Shown piece after piece: positions 37,824 to 48,314 of a stretch of 64,000 nt of DNA. The translations under genes were made by a program, and so were the position numbers. The number at the start of each line of letters is the position of its first letter. Position 1 is the stretch's first letter. Under the pieces are notes generated by a model that was not told where the DNA came from, made no database searches, and saw nothing but the letters and a program-made list of their open reading frames with translations. The stretch covers positions 283,703 through 347,702 of the forward strand of contig CAXXIN010000013.1 in the NCBI GenBank assembly GCA_963665275.2. The letters are read 5' to 3'. The DNA comes from Negativicutes bacterium. GTDB taxonomy: Bacteria > Bacillota > Negativicutes > UBA1444.

Positions 37824-37850
37824 CATTGCACAAGGTTATATTTTTTTATT

Positions 37851-37879
37851 AATTTATCATGCGTTTGAATATTTGTCAA
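37851..37879 (-). promoter_or_regulatory. Sigma-70/SigA promoter for MFS copy 2
   Basis: TTGACA-17 nt-TAAATT with TG extension. Confidence 0.7.
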
Positions 37880-38051
37880 TGAATGAAGTATGAAACAAAT
37901 TTAATTCCACGTCATCAGTATGTTTGTCCACAGATTTTGCACCCGAAGCCAAATACAGCTAAGCGCAAAATGACGCTGAGATCAATCGCCAAAAGGGACT
38001 GAATTCCCGTAGGTTCTCAAGCCTCGCGAACCAGTCCCCTAAACTGACTAT

Positions 38052-40094
38052 TTATACCCGGAACTTGACAACTGCAGTCTGCAAGTCCCCTGCTAAATTT
38101 GCCAGGCTCTGACTCGAAGAAGCTATCTCCTCAGTCGAAGCGGACTGTTCCTCTGTAGCAGCGGACACATTCTGCGCTTCCGCCGCTGTTTCACGACTGA
38201 TTTTTTCCACGCTCTTTATGGCAGTTATAATACGTTGGCTACCAGTGGATATTTCGGACAATGCCCGGGAAATATCCTTCGTTTTTGCAGCAACATCGCC
38301 AACCTGCCCTCCGATGCTGGAAAAACCCTGTCCTGCAGCATTTACAAGTTTTACTCCAGCTTCAATATCTTCAATCGCTGCTCCCACAGCTTCCACCACA
38401 TTATGAATATTGGAATTGTTTTTCCCAATAATGCTTTTGATTTGTTGAGCAGCATCTTCCGACTGCTCTGCCAGTTTCCGCACTTCTTCGGCCACCACGG
38501 CAAAGCCACGTCCGGCCTCTCCTGCACGGGCTGCTTCAATCGCAGCATTCAACGCCAGCAAATTGGTCTGCCCAGCAATATTGGAAATGAGCGCCACGAT
38601 TTCTTCGATCTGCCGCGATCCCGCTTCAAGTTCTCCGGCGGCAGAATGAGCTTTTTTCGCTCCGGTTCCTACTTTTGCCATCTGAGACACTGCATTGTCA
38701 ACGGCGATTTGCCCGTCACCAGTAGCCTCTACCGTCCGCGTAACCATCGTTGCCATTTCATTGGCGGTAGCGGAAACTTCCACAATGGTAGCCGTAATTT
38801 GTTGCACAACAGCCGAGGTCTCGTTGACTGCGCCAACCTGTTGCTCCGCCCCATTGGCCATCTGGGCGATAGATCCGGCGACCTGGTTGGATGCCTCTGC
38901 AGACTGCTGCGCGCTGGCTGTCAATTCTTCACTGGATGCAGCCAACTGGTGTGATTGGTTCTGAACCTGCTGAACCAATTGGCGTAAATTTTGGTTCATA
39001 ATCATGATATTGTCAGACAACTGACCGAACTCACTTTTATCACTAATCGTCTTTTGTAACGCCTGCAAATTACCAGCGGCAATATCCTGCGCAATTTTAC
39101 TAATGCGCACAATTGGCTTAACAAAAGAACCGCTTGCCCAAAAGGTAATGATCATGACCAGTACGAGACACCCCACCGCAAGTCCAATGAGGATCTTCGA
39201 TAACGCTGCTGTTTCGCTGGTCGCATCAGCAGTGCTTGTAGACAGGAGCAATATCCAGCGTTGCTCTCCCGGAAGTGGAATCACATTAAGCGAAGCAGTC
39301 TGTGACGTACCTGCAGTAGATAGGTATTGCAGCCGTGTACGCGTGTTCTTCTCTGTAACTTCCTTGAATGCACCCATCAGCTTCGGAGAGATTGAGGCAT
39401 TGGCTCCCAGTTTAGCTTTCATCTCCGGAGCAATTTCACCTGTTTTCAAATTCATCGTACCCGCCAGCTCTGGTCGCGTGGGATGGATCAGGTAGGAACC
39501 GCTGTCGTCCAAAATTGCGCCGTAGCCCTGCTGCTTGAATTTGATGGTTTTGACAAGCGGCATCAGCCTTTCCGGAGAATAGGTCCCCCATACTACACCG
39601 ATTATTTGCCCGGAGCGAATGACTGGAACAGCAACGGCAAAGGATTGCTTCTTGGTTGTCCGCGAAACAAACGGTTCGGAAACATAGGGTTTTTGAGTCT
39701 TTACTACTTTTTGAAAATATTCCCGATCCGAATTATTGATGGCATCTCCGGCTTCATTTATCGCTAAGCCATCAAGTGAAGCAAAAAAAGTATGATCAAA
39801 TTTCCCGATTTTCGTATGTGCCTCTTGTAACGCCGGTAAAACCTGAGTTTTATCTCCACTTTGTATCCGCGTGACATTAGCGAGGGCTTCCAACTGCGCT
39901 ATCGCCAGTTCCATTTCCGCCTTTATCTTGGCCGCAGCAGTCGATGCCACAGCCTGTTCTGTCTGATCCATGCTTTCCTCTAGATATTTTCCCGCAAAAT
40001 AATATCCGGCCCCAGACACCACCAACAAAGTTCCCACAAGCAAAACCGCAATAAGACTCATAAGTCGGAAACGAATACTGTGTGTGAATTTCAA
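38052..40094 (-). CDS. Transmembrane methyl-accepting chemotaxis protein (dCache-HAMP-MA)
   Basis: Two TM segments, [63 protein letters not shown]. Confidence 0.95.
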   Translation of the reverse strand: MKFTHSIRFRLMSLIAVLLVGTLLVVSGAGYYFAGKYLEESMDQTEQAVASTAAAKIKAEMELAIAQLEALANVTRIQSGDKTQVLPALQEAHTKIGKFDHTFFASLDGLAINEAGDAINNSDREYFQKVVKTQKPYVSEPFVSRTTKKQSFAVAVPVIRSGQIIGVVWGTYSPERLMPLVKTIKFKQQGYGAILDDSGSYLIHPTRPELAGTMNLKTGEIAPEMKAKLGANASISPKLMGAFKEVTEKNTRTRLQYLSTAGTSQTASLNVIPLPGEQRWILLLSTSTADATSETAALSKILIGLAVGCLVLVMIITFWASGSFVKPIVRISKIAQDIAAGNLQALQKTISDKSEFGQLSDNIMIMNQNLRQLVQQVQNQSHQLAASSEELTASAQQSAEASNQVAGSIAQMANGAEQQVGAVNETSAVVQQITATIVEVSATANEMATMVTRTVEATGDGQIAVDNAVSQMAKVGTGAKKAHSAAGELEAGSRQIEEIVALISNIAGQTNLLALNAAIEAARAGEAGRGFAVVAEEVRKLAEQSEDAAQQIKSIIGKNNSNIHNVVEAVGAAIEDIEAGVKLVNAAGQGFSSIGGQVGDVAAKTKDISRALSEISTGSQRIITAIKSVEKISRETAAEAQNVSAATEEQSASTEEIASSSQSLANLAGDLQTAVVKFRV

Positions 40095-40295
40095 AATTAT
40101 TTTACAACTCCTCTTTCCAAATAAGATTCCGGATTTTACGGAAATTATACCATGCCTGCATCAGCATTTTGCGAGTCTATTGTAAATAAAATACAGTGTT
40201 CATGGCACTCTTCCCCAGTCAACGTTCGGGAATACGCTATGTCGGCGCAGCCTTACCGGCAACCGTATTCATATTGACCCTGGCAGCGACATATT

Positions 40296-41948
40296 TCACT
40301 CCGCTTTGACGACCGTGTTTCTCCCCTTGTTTTTGGCAAGATACATGGCTTCATCGGCTCGCGCCATAAATGTCGCCAGCTTTTCGTTGTTGGGTTTGCG
40401 TTCTGCCACACCGATGCTCACTCGCAACGGAACCGGAACTCCCTGCTCAGTACAGAAAGTGCAATCCTGAATGCTTTGGCGCAAACGCTCTGCAAACTGC
40501 TGTGCCTTGGTAATGCCTGTTTCAATCAGCACCAGTGCAAATTCCTCGCCGCCGATACGTCCCAGCAAATCCGTACTGCGCTTTGTCTCTGCGCAAAGCC
40601 CTGCAATTTTCAAAAGAGCAGAATCGCCCACCGCGTGGCCAAAACAATCATTCACCTTTTTGAAATGATCGATATCCAACATCAATAGCGAACAGTTTCC
40701 GTTGTAGCGGTCGATGCGTTGCAATTCTTCTTCGGCGCGCGCCAAAAAGTGGCGGCGGTTATAAATGCCAGTCAGTCCATCAACAGTCGCCTGGATCAGT
40801 AGCTCAGCTTCCATGCGTTTGCGTTCAACCGCCATGGATACCTGTGCGGCAATGATGGAAAGCACTTCACTATCCTCTGGCTGGAAAGCTTGTATCTCAT
40901 CCGCCAGAATCAACGACATCGTACCAAAGGGCTTCCCATGTGAATCAATTAGAGGCGCACCCAGGATATGCCGCGACTGAATGTTGCGTTCATTTTCCAA
41001 GTTATATTCGCCCAGTTCATCGATCTCGCTTAGTTGGATCATTTCTGCCGGAGCAATATGAACAGTCCGTCCCTGTCGCATAATATATTCTGTTATCCCT
41101 TTGCTGATCGAGCGGCGTTCCGGAATGAAGGTCTCATCTGCATGAAAGGGAATTAAAAGTTCTCCGGTCATTTCATCCAGGATCGTGATATAGAAAAATT
41201 TAGCCGGCAGTACTTTTTCCACTAGGATATGCACAGTCTGATAAAATTCAGTCAACGAACTCGTCAACATGGCGGCTACGGCAATTTCCCGCAATACCGA
41301 CTGTATAGTGGCACTGTGCCGCATTTTATGTTCTGCCTGCGTCAATTCTTCCACTTTGTTTTCCAGGCTGTCATTTGCCTCCTGCAAAGCCTTTCCCCAT
41401 AAATGGTTTTGCAGGACCACTGCGTAAAACACAGCCAATTTACTTAAAATATCAATATCGGATTGGGAGTAATCACGAGTCGAATTGGCTAGGGCTATCT
41501 GACCTAATAGAGATCCATGAAAAACAACCGGAACCGAGATGAAATTTTTCATGGGAACATGCCCGTCGGGCAACCCCTGCGATGCAGGATGCGACGACGG
41601 GGTGTTAGTAAAAAAGGCCTCCTTGGTATTCAGGCCATATCCCCATAAGCTGGAATATTTTTTGTGGGGTCCGCGCGGCAGCTCTCCTTCAGTCAACGGC
41701 GCCGCACACCCGTCCGCTTTCATTTTTGTCAACGTGTGGCTCACATGCGCACCGGATATTGGGTCTATGGAAGAAACAAAGCCATGGTCGCTGCTTGTCA
41801 GTGCCCGGGCTTGGTCCAGCACCATTTGATAGATATCATTACGGGAGAGAACAGGAGATATGATAGCCTTGGAAAGTTCAGTAAAAGAGGCGTTGACTCG
41901 TCGCTCGGCTTCTAATTGCCGCTCGAGCTCCTGCAGCTTTTCATTCAT
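40296..41948 (-). CDS. GAF-GAF-GGDEF diguanylate cyclase
   Basis: Two GAF-like domains, DGLTGIYNRR, DIDHFKKVND, RSTD I-site, GGEEF; true start MNEKLQ (the longer ORF runs through the tRNA). Confidence 0.9.
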   Translation of the reverse strand: MNEKLQELERQLEAERRVNASFTELSKAIISPVLSRNDIYQMVLDQARALTSSDHGFVSSIDPISGAHVSHTLTKMKADGCAAPLTEGELPRGPHKKYSSLWGYGLNTKEAFFTNTPSSHPASQGLPDGHVPMKNFISVPVVFHGSLLGQIALANSTRDYSQSDIDILSKLAVFYAVVLQNHLWGKALQEANDSLENKVEELTQAEHKMRHSATIQSVLREIAVAAMLTSSLTEFYQTVHILVEKVLPAKFFYITILDEMTGELLIPFHADETFIPERRSISKGITEYIMRQGRTVHIAPAEMIQLSEIDELGEYNLENERNIQSRHILGAPLIDSHGKPFGTMSLILADEIQAFQPEDSEVLSIIAAQVSMAVERKRMEAELLIQATVDGLTGIYNRRHFLARAEEELQRIDRYNGNCSLLMLDIDHFKKVNDCFGHAVGDSALLKIAGLCAETKRSTDLLGRIGGEEFALVLIETGITKAQQFAERLRQSIQDCTFCTEQGVPVPLRVSIGVAERKPNNEKLATFMARADEAMYLAKNKGRNTVVKAE

Positions 41949-42087
41949 GCGAATGTCACATCCTTTACCGTCCCGGCATATGGCCAAGCACCAGCCTGTT
42001 AGGAGTGCTTGCTCCCGGATTCCACGTGAAAAGCGCTCCATTGGATACCGAAAAAGATCGATCCGTGTGTCTATCTGTGTGTTTTTC

Positions 42088-42122
42088 AAAAAGGGCTTCC
42101 GACGAAATCGTCGGAAGCCCTT
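42088..42122 (-). terminator. Intrinsic terminator after tRNA-Ala
   Basis: AAGGGCTTCCGACG/CGTCGGAAGCCCTT perfect stem plus T-run. Confidence 0.85.
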
Positions 42123-42132
42123 ATATTTTTCG

Positions 42133-42208
42133 TGGTGGAGACGAGGGGGATCGAACCCCTGACCTCTAAAATGCGAATCTAGCGCTCTCCCAGCTGAGCT
42201 ACGCCCCC
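42133..42208 (-). tRNA. tRNA-Ala (anticodon CGC)
   Basis: GGGGGCGTAGCTCAGCTGGGAGAGCGCTAGATTCGCATTTTAGAGGTCAGGGGTTCGATCCCCCTCGTCTCCACCA; 76 nt, G3:U70, encoded CCA. Confidence 0.97.
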
Positions 42209-42292
42209 ACGGATAAAGAAGCGGGATCATCTCGCCCGTGAATTTTATGATACTAAACTATTGTCTTCCTGTCAAACCCTACCGTGAAAAAA

Positions 42293-42727
42293 TCAGCTAA
42301 TCAGTGCGGCGAGGATAAGGCCGGTGGCAAAACTGAGACGCGCGGAGAAAAGGCCTACGGCGATGTTCCCTTTCACGACCTCTGCCGATATTTTGAAGGG
42401 CGTCAATTTCTCGAATACATAATAGACCAAAACCTGGAAGATGATACCAACGACGCCCCAAATAACCAGATCGCCTACGCTCACCGAATGAAAAATAGCA
42501 GATGCCAGGACGAGAGCCTGTCCGACCACTTTGCCACCCAGGCTATGCGCCACCGCGATGCCTGCTTCATCCTTGATCGTGTCACTATTGGCCGCGTCGC
42601 GTATCATTGACATCTCATCATAAGGAGTCTGCCACATGAAAATCTTGATCCCAATGAGCAATAAAGGAATCGAAACCACCAGATAAATTAAAAAATTAAC
42701 AAAGCTGGACCACTGTTGCAAAACCAT
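42293..42727 (-). CDS. DUF350 family membrane protein
   Basis: 4 TM, TPYDE, GKVVG, GNIAVG; next to GspS-like gene. Confidence 0.88.
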   Translation of the reverse strand: MVLQQWSSFVNFLIYLVVSIPLLLIGIKIFMWQTPYDEMSMIRDAANSDTIKDEAGIAVAHSLGGKVVGQALVLASAIFHSVSVGDLVIWGVVGIIFQVLVYYVFEKLTPFKISAEVVKGNIAVGLFSARLSFATGLILAALIS

Positions 42728-42730
42728 AGT

Positions 42731-44002
42731 TCATTCTCCTTTCGGCGCATCGGCTGATACGCATAACGGCTGATAATAAGCCATGTTTCCGGTGATACGG
42801 CTGCCAACTCGGGCCACAACTGCTGACCCCAGACCGTTAATGAGAAACGATCCGAAGATCATCCGGCCACAATACAGCCCGTTCAGAGTTTCGACCGTAA
42901 TCTGCGGCAGTTCTGCGTACTGCTGGTAAATTACCGGTTGGTCCCAATATTCCAGTTCCTCATCACGCACCCACGGCGCCCCATCGGGGCCGAACACCGT
43001 CACCGCGCCGCCTTCGCGGCCATAAATGGGCTTGGTTACATACGAACAAAGGCCTGAAAACCGATTTTCAAAAAAAGTGGGAAGTAAGTAATTCTGAATT
43101 GTTGCTTGTTCAGCCGGCGAAAAAAACTCGTTGTTTTCATGCAGGTTCCAGACTAGCGCCTGCAGAGCTTTGGACTGGGCAATCAGCGCAGCTGGCGGAT
43201 TGATCAGGGCCAATTTGCCACGGGCGACGATATCGAGCACATGAGGCCCTGTGGGATAACCGTCAGGGTCGTGCTCCTCCGCCAGTTTTTCCAAAGGGTG
43301 CAGCCTGTACATCAGATCAACTGGCGCATGTGCGAGCCCGTCCCACACCTGTACCCGATCATTATACACCCGCAGCCGTGAGAGCGGAACAAACTCAGCC
43401 GACAGGCCAGACTGCCCCAGCAGGAACTTCGTGGTGCCGGCGTCTTCTTCGTGCCAGTCCACCGAGCTGAACACGATGTGATCCGCAGCGAATCCCTGCT
43501 CTCGATAGGTGTCTACAGCCCTCTGAAATGCCTGCTTCAGATCGGCCGCCATCCCTGCATTTGGATTTTGGACGCCGAAGTAGTCGCACACTTTTCCATT
43601 GACATAAAATGCTTCCACGATGTCTGTCGGCGTTTCCGCATTGAACTCCAGCATTTTGAGACCGCCAAGCGTAGCCGCGAAATCGAAACGGCCGATCAAC
43701 GTAGGCAGCATTTCCGGCAAGGACGCCCGTATCGCGGCCCAGGAAGCCTCCGGCAATCCGAGCTCTGCAAGCAGTTCATCCCCCGCCTGCATCACCACCT
43801 CGGCCGTCCGGGAGAACACGCCGCCCAACGCTTCGGATGCGTGAGCCAACTCTGATCTCAATTCTTCAGATATCGGGAATACGGATGCCAGCGCGTATTC
43901 CTCTCCATACATGGAGTCCCAGGTAAAGACCCCTTCGCGACGAAGCGCACCATACAATTTCTCGCGCCGCTCGGCATAAGGCAAACGCGAAAACTCAGCC
44001 AC
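42731..44002 (-). CDS. Glutathionylspermidine synthase-like ATP-grasp ligase (YgiC/YjfC type)
   Basis: GRFDF, KMLEFNAETPT, YRLHPLE, QSKALQA, YVTKPIYGREG, IYQQY; GTG 44002 overlaps upstream stop. Confidence 0.9.
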   Translation of the reverse strand: MAEFSRLPYAERREKLYGALRREGVFTWDSMYGEEYALASVFPISEELRSELAHASEALGGVFSRTAEVVMQAGDELLAELGLPEASWAAIRASLPEMLPTLIGRFDFAATLGGLKMLEFNAETPTDIVEAFYVNGKVCDYFGVQNPNAGMAADLKQAFQRAVDTYREQGFAADHIVFSSVDWHEEDAGTTKFLLGQSGLSAEFVPLSRLRVYNDRVQVWDGLAHAPVDLMYRLHPLEKLAEEHDPDGYPTGPHVLDIVARGKLALINPPAALIAQSKALQALVWNLHENNEFFSPAEQATIQNYLLPTFFENRFSGLCSYVTKPIYGREGGAVTVFGPDGAPWVRDEELEYWDQPVIYQQYAELPQITVETLNGLYCGRMIFGSFLINGLGSAVVARVGSRITGNMAYYQPLCVSADAPKGE

Positions 44003-44366
44003 CGCTTGAACCGCCGCTAGATCCGCCAGAACGGGAAGAACTGCCGATTCCGCTTTTAGAACCGGAGGAAACGCCGCGCGAACCCGAACCATCCTTCGAT
44101 ACGCCGGTGTTCGTTCCCGAACTGCCACCGCCTCCCCAGTAATGCCCGAGTCCCCACCAGCCGCCGCTCCGATAGGATCGATTGTTGCTGCCTGTCACCG
44201 GACGTCCGTCCTGATCACAGTACCCGTCGTTATTCTCATCCGCACAGAAAGAGTCACTTCTCCCTGAGTTAAAAGGATTCATCGAACAGCCGGGAGTCAG
44301 CGTCAACGTCGCGGCAAGAAACAGTCCAACTACCTTGTGACTACGGCTCGAATTGTCGGGGTTCAT
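43995..44366 (-). CDS. Small lipoprotein with Gly/Ser-rich tail
   Basis: Lipobox-like LTPGC, CADENNDGYCD, tail SSGSKSGIGSSSRSGGSSGGSSGG. Confidence 0.8.
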   Translation of the reverse strand: MNPDNSSRSHKVVGLFLAATLTLTPGCSMNPFNSGRSDSFCADENNDGYCDQDGRPVTGSNNRSYRSGGWWGLGHYWGGGGSSGTNTGVSKDGSGSRGVSSGSKSGIGSSSRSGGSSGGSSGG

Positions 44367-44370
44367 CAAC

Positions 44371-44823
44371 TCACCCCCCCGTCTTCTTGCAATAATAGAC
44401 ATACGCCTGCCGGTCTTCATCAATTTCCGTGGAGGTTTTTTCCCACTCCTGTCCAAACAGCATCATCGTATCCGCCAGCAGATACGCAAGCGCCTGGGCC
44501 TGCGTATCAAAGCCGAACTGATGAATCAGGGGATACTCGGCGGCGCCTCCACGGTATTCCCGCACTTCGACGGCAACACTGCCAGGCAGCACCGGTTGTG
44601 TCGTGTTTCCTGTTTCGGCAGCATCTTCCTCCACTTTTTCAACGTACATCACGAACTGTGCCGCATCGATAGCCGATGCCGTCTTAAGCCAGGTTTTTCC
44701 TTCCTTGACAAAATAATCGCAGACGAACCGCATTGCAGCTTCAACATCGTTCATATTTTCGTAGTAATAAAGGAGGGGGTAATCGTGAGCTGCATTATTA
44801 ATACGATATTCAAAACGAGGCAT
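44371..44823 (-). CDS. Hypothetical protein of two tandem about 65-aa repeats
   Basis: AAGGAGGTGA RBS; EYR..YPL..D..G..W.KT..ID occurs twice. Confidence 0.75.
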   Translation of the reverse strand: MPRFEYRINNAAHDYPLLYYYENMNDVEAAMRFVCDYFVKEGKTWLKTASAIDAAQFVMYVEKVEEDAAETGNTTQPVLPGSVAVEVREYRGGAAEYPLIHQFGFDTQAQALAYLLADTMMLFGQEWEKTSTEIDEDRQAYVYYCKKTGG

Positions 44824-44843
44824 AGCCCTCACCTCCTTCTTTT

Positions 44844-46400
44844 CTATGCGGCAGGTTTCAGTGCGGCGCCCCGGAGATCCCGCAGACGCCCGTCATGTTT
44901 GACATTCAGTGTTCCGGCTTTCTTCACCGCATCGGCCAGCGCATCCCTCAGCGGAACAAAAGTATCCGTCACATTTCGCCCTTGTTTGAGCATGGTAAAT
45001 TCATCGCCACCGGCTGCCATGAAATCATTAGTCACGATTCGATAGGTCGCTGCCTCGTCCAGCAACTTGCCATCGGATAGTCGCACTTCCAAGACTTGGT
45101 TGCCATAGGGGCGACTGGAATCGATTATCAGCTGCAGCCCGGAGAACTGAACAGTGCCCGCTTTTCCATTGATACCGTGGTTGAGGACCTGCATCACCTG
45201 TTCTCCTGTAAGATCCATCGTAACCAGCGTATTGTCGAATGGCATCACTTCATATAGATTCCCCATGGTGATCGGCCCCGCCGGGATGCTGGTCCGCAGA
45301 CCGCCGCCGTTCTGGAAGGCGATGTCGGCCTTGGCCGTTTGGCGCAACACATCACTCGACCACTCGCCCAACACTGACAGCCCATAGCGGTCATGGGATA
45401 AATCTACCGCTGTGTTCCCTAGCGGCACATTTTTGACCGGTGCAATTTCTGACTGGGAGCGAGCCACGATGGCACCAATTTCCGAATCAGCCTTAACGTC
45501 TTTGATTGGAGTTTCGATCGCTTGCACGGAGCTCACGAGGATCTTCTGTTCCCGCCGCGAGTATACCAGGCTGATTTTACCCAGCGCCCGACCGTTATAA
45601 TAAGCCTGAACCACTGGAATTCCGTCAACTTTTCCCGCCACGCTCTGATGGGAGTGGCCGCTGACTACCGCATCAACACCCGCTGCCAAACGGGCCAGAT
45701 TCGCCGCATCACCCGTGACTTCGCCGGTAGCCGCATCCTGATACGAGGCTAGGTGCGACAAAACCACGATCATATCGGCTCCTTGCTGACGGACCAGTGG
45801 CAAAATTTCCTTCACGACAGCGACCGGATCTCGGAACTCAAAAGGCTCCACGATCTTCGGCCCGGTGGTATAAGCGGTTTCCGGTGTCACGATGCCTATG
45901 ACGGCTATCTTCAGACCCAATCGTTCCAATATCACATAGGGATGAACGAACTTCAAGCGCCCCTGGGAATCCTTTTCCCTCACGTTCGCCGAGACATAGG
46001 GGAAGTTCGATTCGGCAACCCGCGCCCGCAGTTTGTCGATTCCCCAGTCGAATTCATGATTGCCCAGTGTCATCGCATCCATCTGCAACGCATTCAGCAC
46101 CTCAACGACAGTTTTCCCATACAGCAGGTTGGAATCAGGACTCCCCTGAAACATATCTCCGGCGCTGAGGAAAATGCTACCCTGAGGATTCTTCGCCCAC
46201 TCTCTGCGCAATAGAGCGCCCAATTTGGCGGCGCCTGGATTACGGCCCGATTCAATCAGGGCCCCGTGAAAATCGTTGACCGACAGGATATCGATGCCGA
46301 CGATCCCAGGCATTTCGGCGGCCAGAGCGATTCCAGACCACGCGGAAAAGCATAGTGTAACAGCCAGCAAAAGGGCCACGGCTCCACGACTTGTCTTCAA
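44844..46400 (-). CDS. Secreted 5'-nucleotidase / 2',3'-cyclic-nucleotide phosphodiesterase
   Basis: Signal peptide, NDFHG, AGDMFQG, LGNHEFD, GHSH, NGGGLR, PFDN. Confidence 0.93.
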   Translation of the reverse strand: MKTSRGAVALLLAVTLCFSAWSGIALAAEMPGIVGIDILSVNDFHGALIESGRNPGAAKLGALLRREWAKNPQGSIFLSAGDMFQGSPDSNLLYGKTVVEVLNALQMDAMTLGNHEFDWGIDKLRARVAESNFPYVSANVREKDSQGRLKFVHPYVILERLGLKIAVIGIVTPETAYTTGPKIVEPFEFRDPVAVVKEILPLVRQQGADMIVVLSHLASYQDAATGEVTGDAANLARLAAGVDAVVSGHSHQSVAGKVDGIPVVQAYYNGRALGKISLVYSRREQKILVSSVQAIETPIKDVKADSEIGAIVARSQSEIAPVKNVPLGNTAVDLSHDRYGLSVLGEWSSDVLRQTAKADIAFQNGGGLRTSIPAGPITMGNLYEVMPFDNTLVTMDLTGEQVMQVLNHGINGKAGTVQFSGLQLIIDSSRPYGNQVLEVRLSDGKLLDEAATYRIVTNDFMAAGGDEFTMLKQGRNVTDTFVPLRDALADAVKKAGTLNVKHDGRLRDLRGAALKPAA

Positions 46401-46598
46401 TTGATTCCCTCCCCGGTTTGTCCGCGCTATAATTAGCTATACACGCATGATACACGCATGATGAACGTTTCCACGAGTGTGCTTTTTTTTCCTGCCTGCA
46501 GGGGACGAGGACGGCGATTTTTTCGCCATTGCCCATCGTGCAAGTCGGAAGACAGGTCTTATTTAATTGAATGAATTCGTTTATCGGGAGGTTTTTTC

Positions 46599-48263
46599 AT
46601 GTCCAGCAATGCCCCTTCCAGCTTGGTGATTCTCAACGCCAACATCTATACGCTTGATCCTGAGATGCCGCATGCCCAAGCACTGGCTGCCGCGAACGGA
46701 CGTATTGTCGCCATCGGGTCGGATGCCGATATCTTGGCGATTGCGGCGCGCAAAATACCCGATGCGCCTGTTCTCGATCTGGACGGCAAGACGGTCCTGC
46801 CCGGCTTCATTGATTGCCATACGCATTTTCTTGCCGGCGGTTTTTCGCTGCAGGCTGTAAAACTGTCCGGCATCAGCGGTCCTGGCGAATTCGTCAGCCG
46901 TATCGCCGAACAGGCCAGACATACCGAACCGGGGCGCTGGATTACTGGCGGCGGCTGGGATCAGGAAACTTGGCCTGGCGCCCCGCTTCCCTGTAAAGAA
47001 TGGATCGATGCTGTCACCGGCGACATTCCTGTTTTCGTCACCCGCATCGACTTGCATATCGGTTTGGCCAACAGCGCGGCTCTGCGCTCTGCCGGCATCT
47101 GTGCCACAACTGCTGATCCCTGCGGCGGCGAAATCTACCGGGACCCGGCCACCGGCGAACCGACCGGAATTCTGAAAGACGCCGCCATTCGCCTGCTGGA
47201 AGCGGTCATGCCGAAGCCGACAATTGAAGAACAAGCGGCTGCGCTGCGTTTGGCCCTCAAACAGGCGGCCTCGCACGGCGTCACCTCGGTCCACGACGTC
47301 ACCGACTGGGGCAACCCGACTTGGAGCGAATGGGCATTGTTTCAGGAATTTCGTCGGCGTGATGAATTGACTTGCCGAATTTACGCCCGGCTGCCGCTTC
47401 TGGACTGGGATCGCAAGCGCAATGATTTTCCCCGTTTTCAGACCGGACCAGAGGCCGACCCCTGGTTGCGTTTCGGTGGTTTAAAGGGCTTCACCGATGG
47501 TTCGCTCGGCGGACATACGGCCTACTTCTTTGAGCCGTATACCGACGCTCCCGACTACTGCGGCCTGCTCATTGAAGACATGTTTCCCGCAGGCGCGATG
47601 GAGCGGCGGATACAAGAAGCGGATCAGGCTGGGTTCCCTGTGTCATTGCATGCGATTGGGGACCGCGCCAATTCCATCCTGCTTGACATCTTCGAGCAGA
47701 TCGCCGCCGTCAATGGCAGCCGTGACCGCCGGCCCCGTATCGAGCACGCGCAGCATCTCCGTGCGTCCGATATTCCAAGAATGGCGCAACTGGGAGTGGT
47801 CGCATCCATTCAGCCGGCGCACCTCATCGACGACGGGGGGTGGGCTGAGCGGTGTATCGGCCCGGAGCGGTGCGCCATGACCTACGCCTTCCGATCGCTG
47901 TTGAACGCCGGCGTTCGTCTCGCCGGTGGCTCTGATTGGCCGGTTGCGCCTATCGACCCGCTCTTGGGAATCCATGCCGCAGTCAACCGCTGCACCTCTG
48001 ATGGAGGTTTCCCCGCCGGCTGGCATCCAGAGCAAAAACTTACAGTCGCACAAGCTATCGAAGCGTTCACGATCAATGCAGCATACGCTGAATTCGCCGA
48101 GACCGAAAAAGGGTCCCTCGCACCCGGCAAATTTGCCGACCTTGTGATCCTGTCGGACGACCCTTACCACATCGAATCTGGACTTCTAAAAGACATCCAG
48201 GTTCTCCGAACCATCGTCGGCGGACGCATCATCTACGAAAATTTAAAGGAAATTCCAAATTAA
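46599..48263 (+). CDS. YtcJ-like amidohydrolase (amidohydro_3)
   Basis: PGFIDCHTH, KGFTDGSLG, HAIGDRA, RIEHAQ, GSDWPV, KGSLAPGKFAD. Confidence 0.92.
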   Translation: MSSNAPSSLVILNANIYTLDPEMPHAQALAAANGRIVAIGSDADILAIAARKIPDAPVLDLDGKTVLPGFIDCHTHFLAGGFSLQAVKLSGISGPGEFVSRIAEQARHTEPGRWITGGGWDQETWPGAPLPCKEWIDAVTGDIPVFVTRIDLHIGLANSAALRSAGICATTADPCGGEIYRDPATGEPTGILKDAAIRLLEAVMPKPTIEEQAAALRLALKQAASHGVTSVHDVTDWGNPTWSEWALFQEFRRRDELTCRIYARLPLLDWDRKRNDFPRFQTGPEADPWLRFGGLKGFTDGSLGGHTAYFFEPYTDAPDYCGLLIEDMFPAGAMERRIQEADQAGFPVSLHAIGDRANSILLDIFEQIAAVNGSRDRRPRIEHAQHLRASDIPRMAQLGVVASIQPAHLIDDGGWAERCIGPERCAMTYAFRSLLNAGVRLAGGSDWPVAPIDPLLGIHAAVNRCTSDGGFPAGWHPEQKLTVAQAIEAFTINAAYAEFAETEKGSLAPGKFADLVILSDDPYHIESGLLKDIQVLRTIVGGRIIYENLKEIPN

Positions 48264-48314
48264 TAGCGTATAGATATCATTGGGATTATTATTTTTTGTC
48301 AGGAGGTTAACTAT

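Noticed and set aside
13700-42133. Nicotinate cluster as an island integrated at tRNA-Ala
   Set aside because: No integrase or transposase, and no duplicate of the tRNA 3' end was spotted in the window.
41949-42230. N-terminal 94 aa of the 644-aa GGDEF ORF
   Set aside because: It is read-through of tRNA-Ala and its terminator; the real start is ATG 41948.
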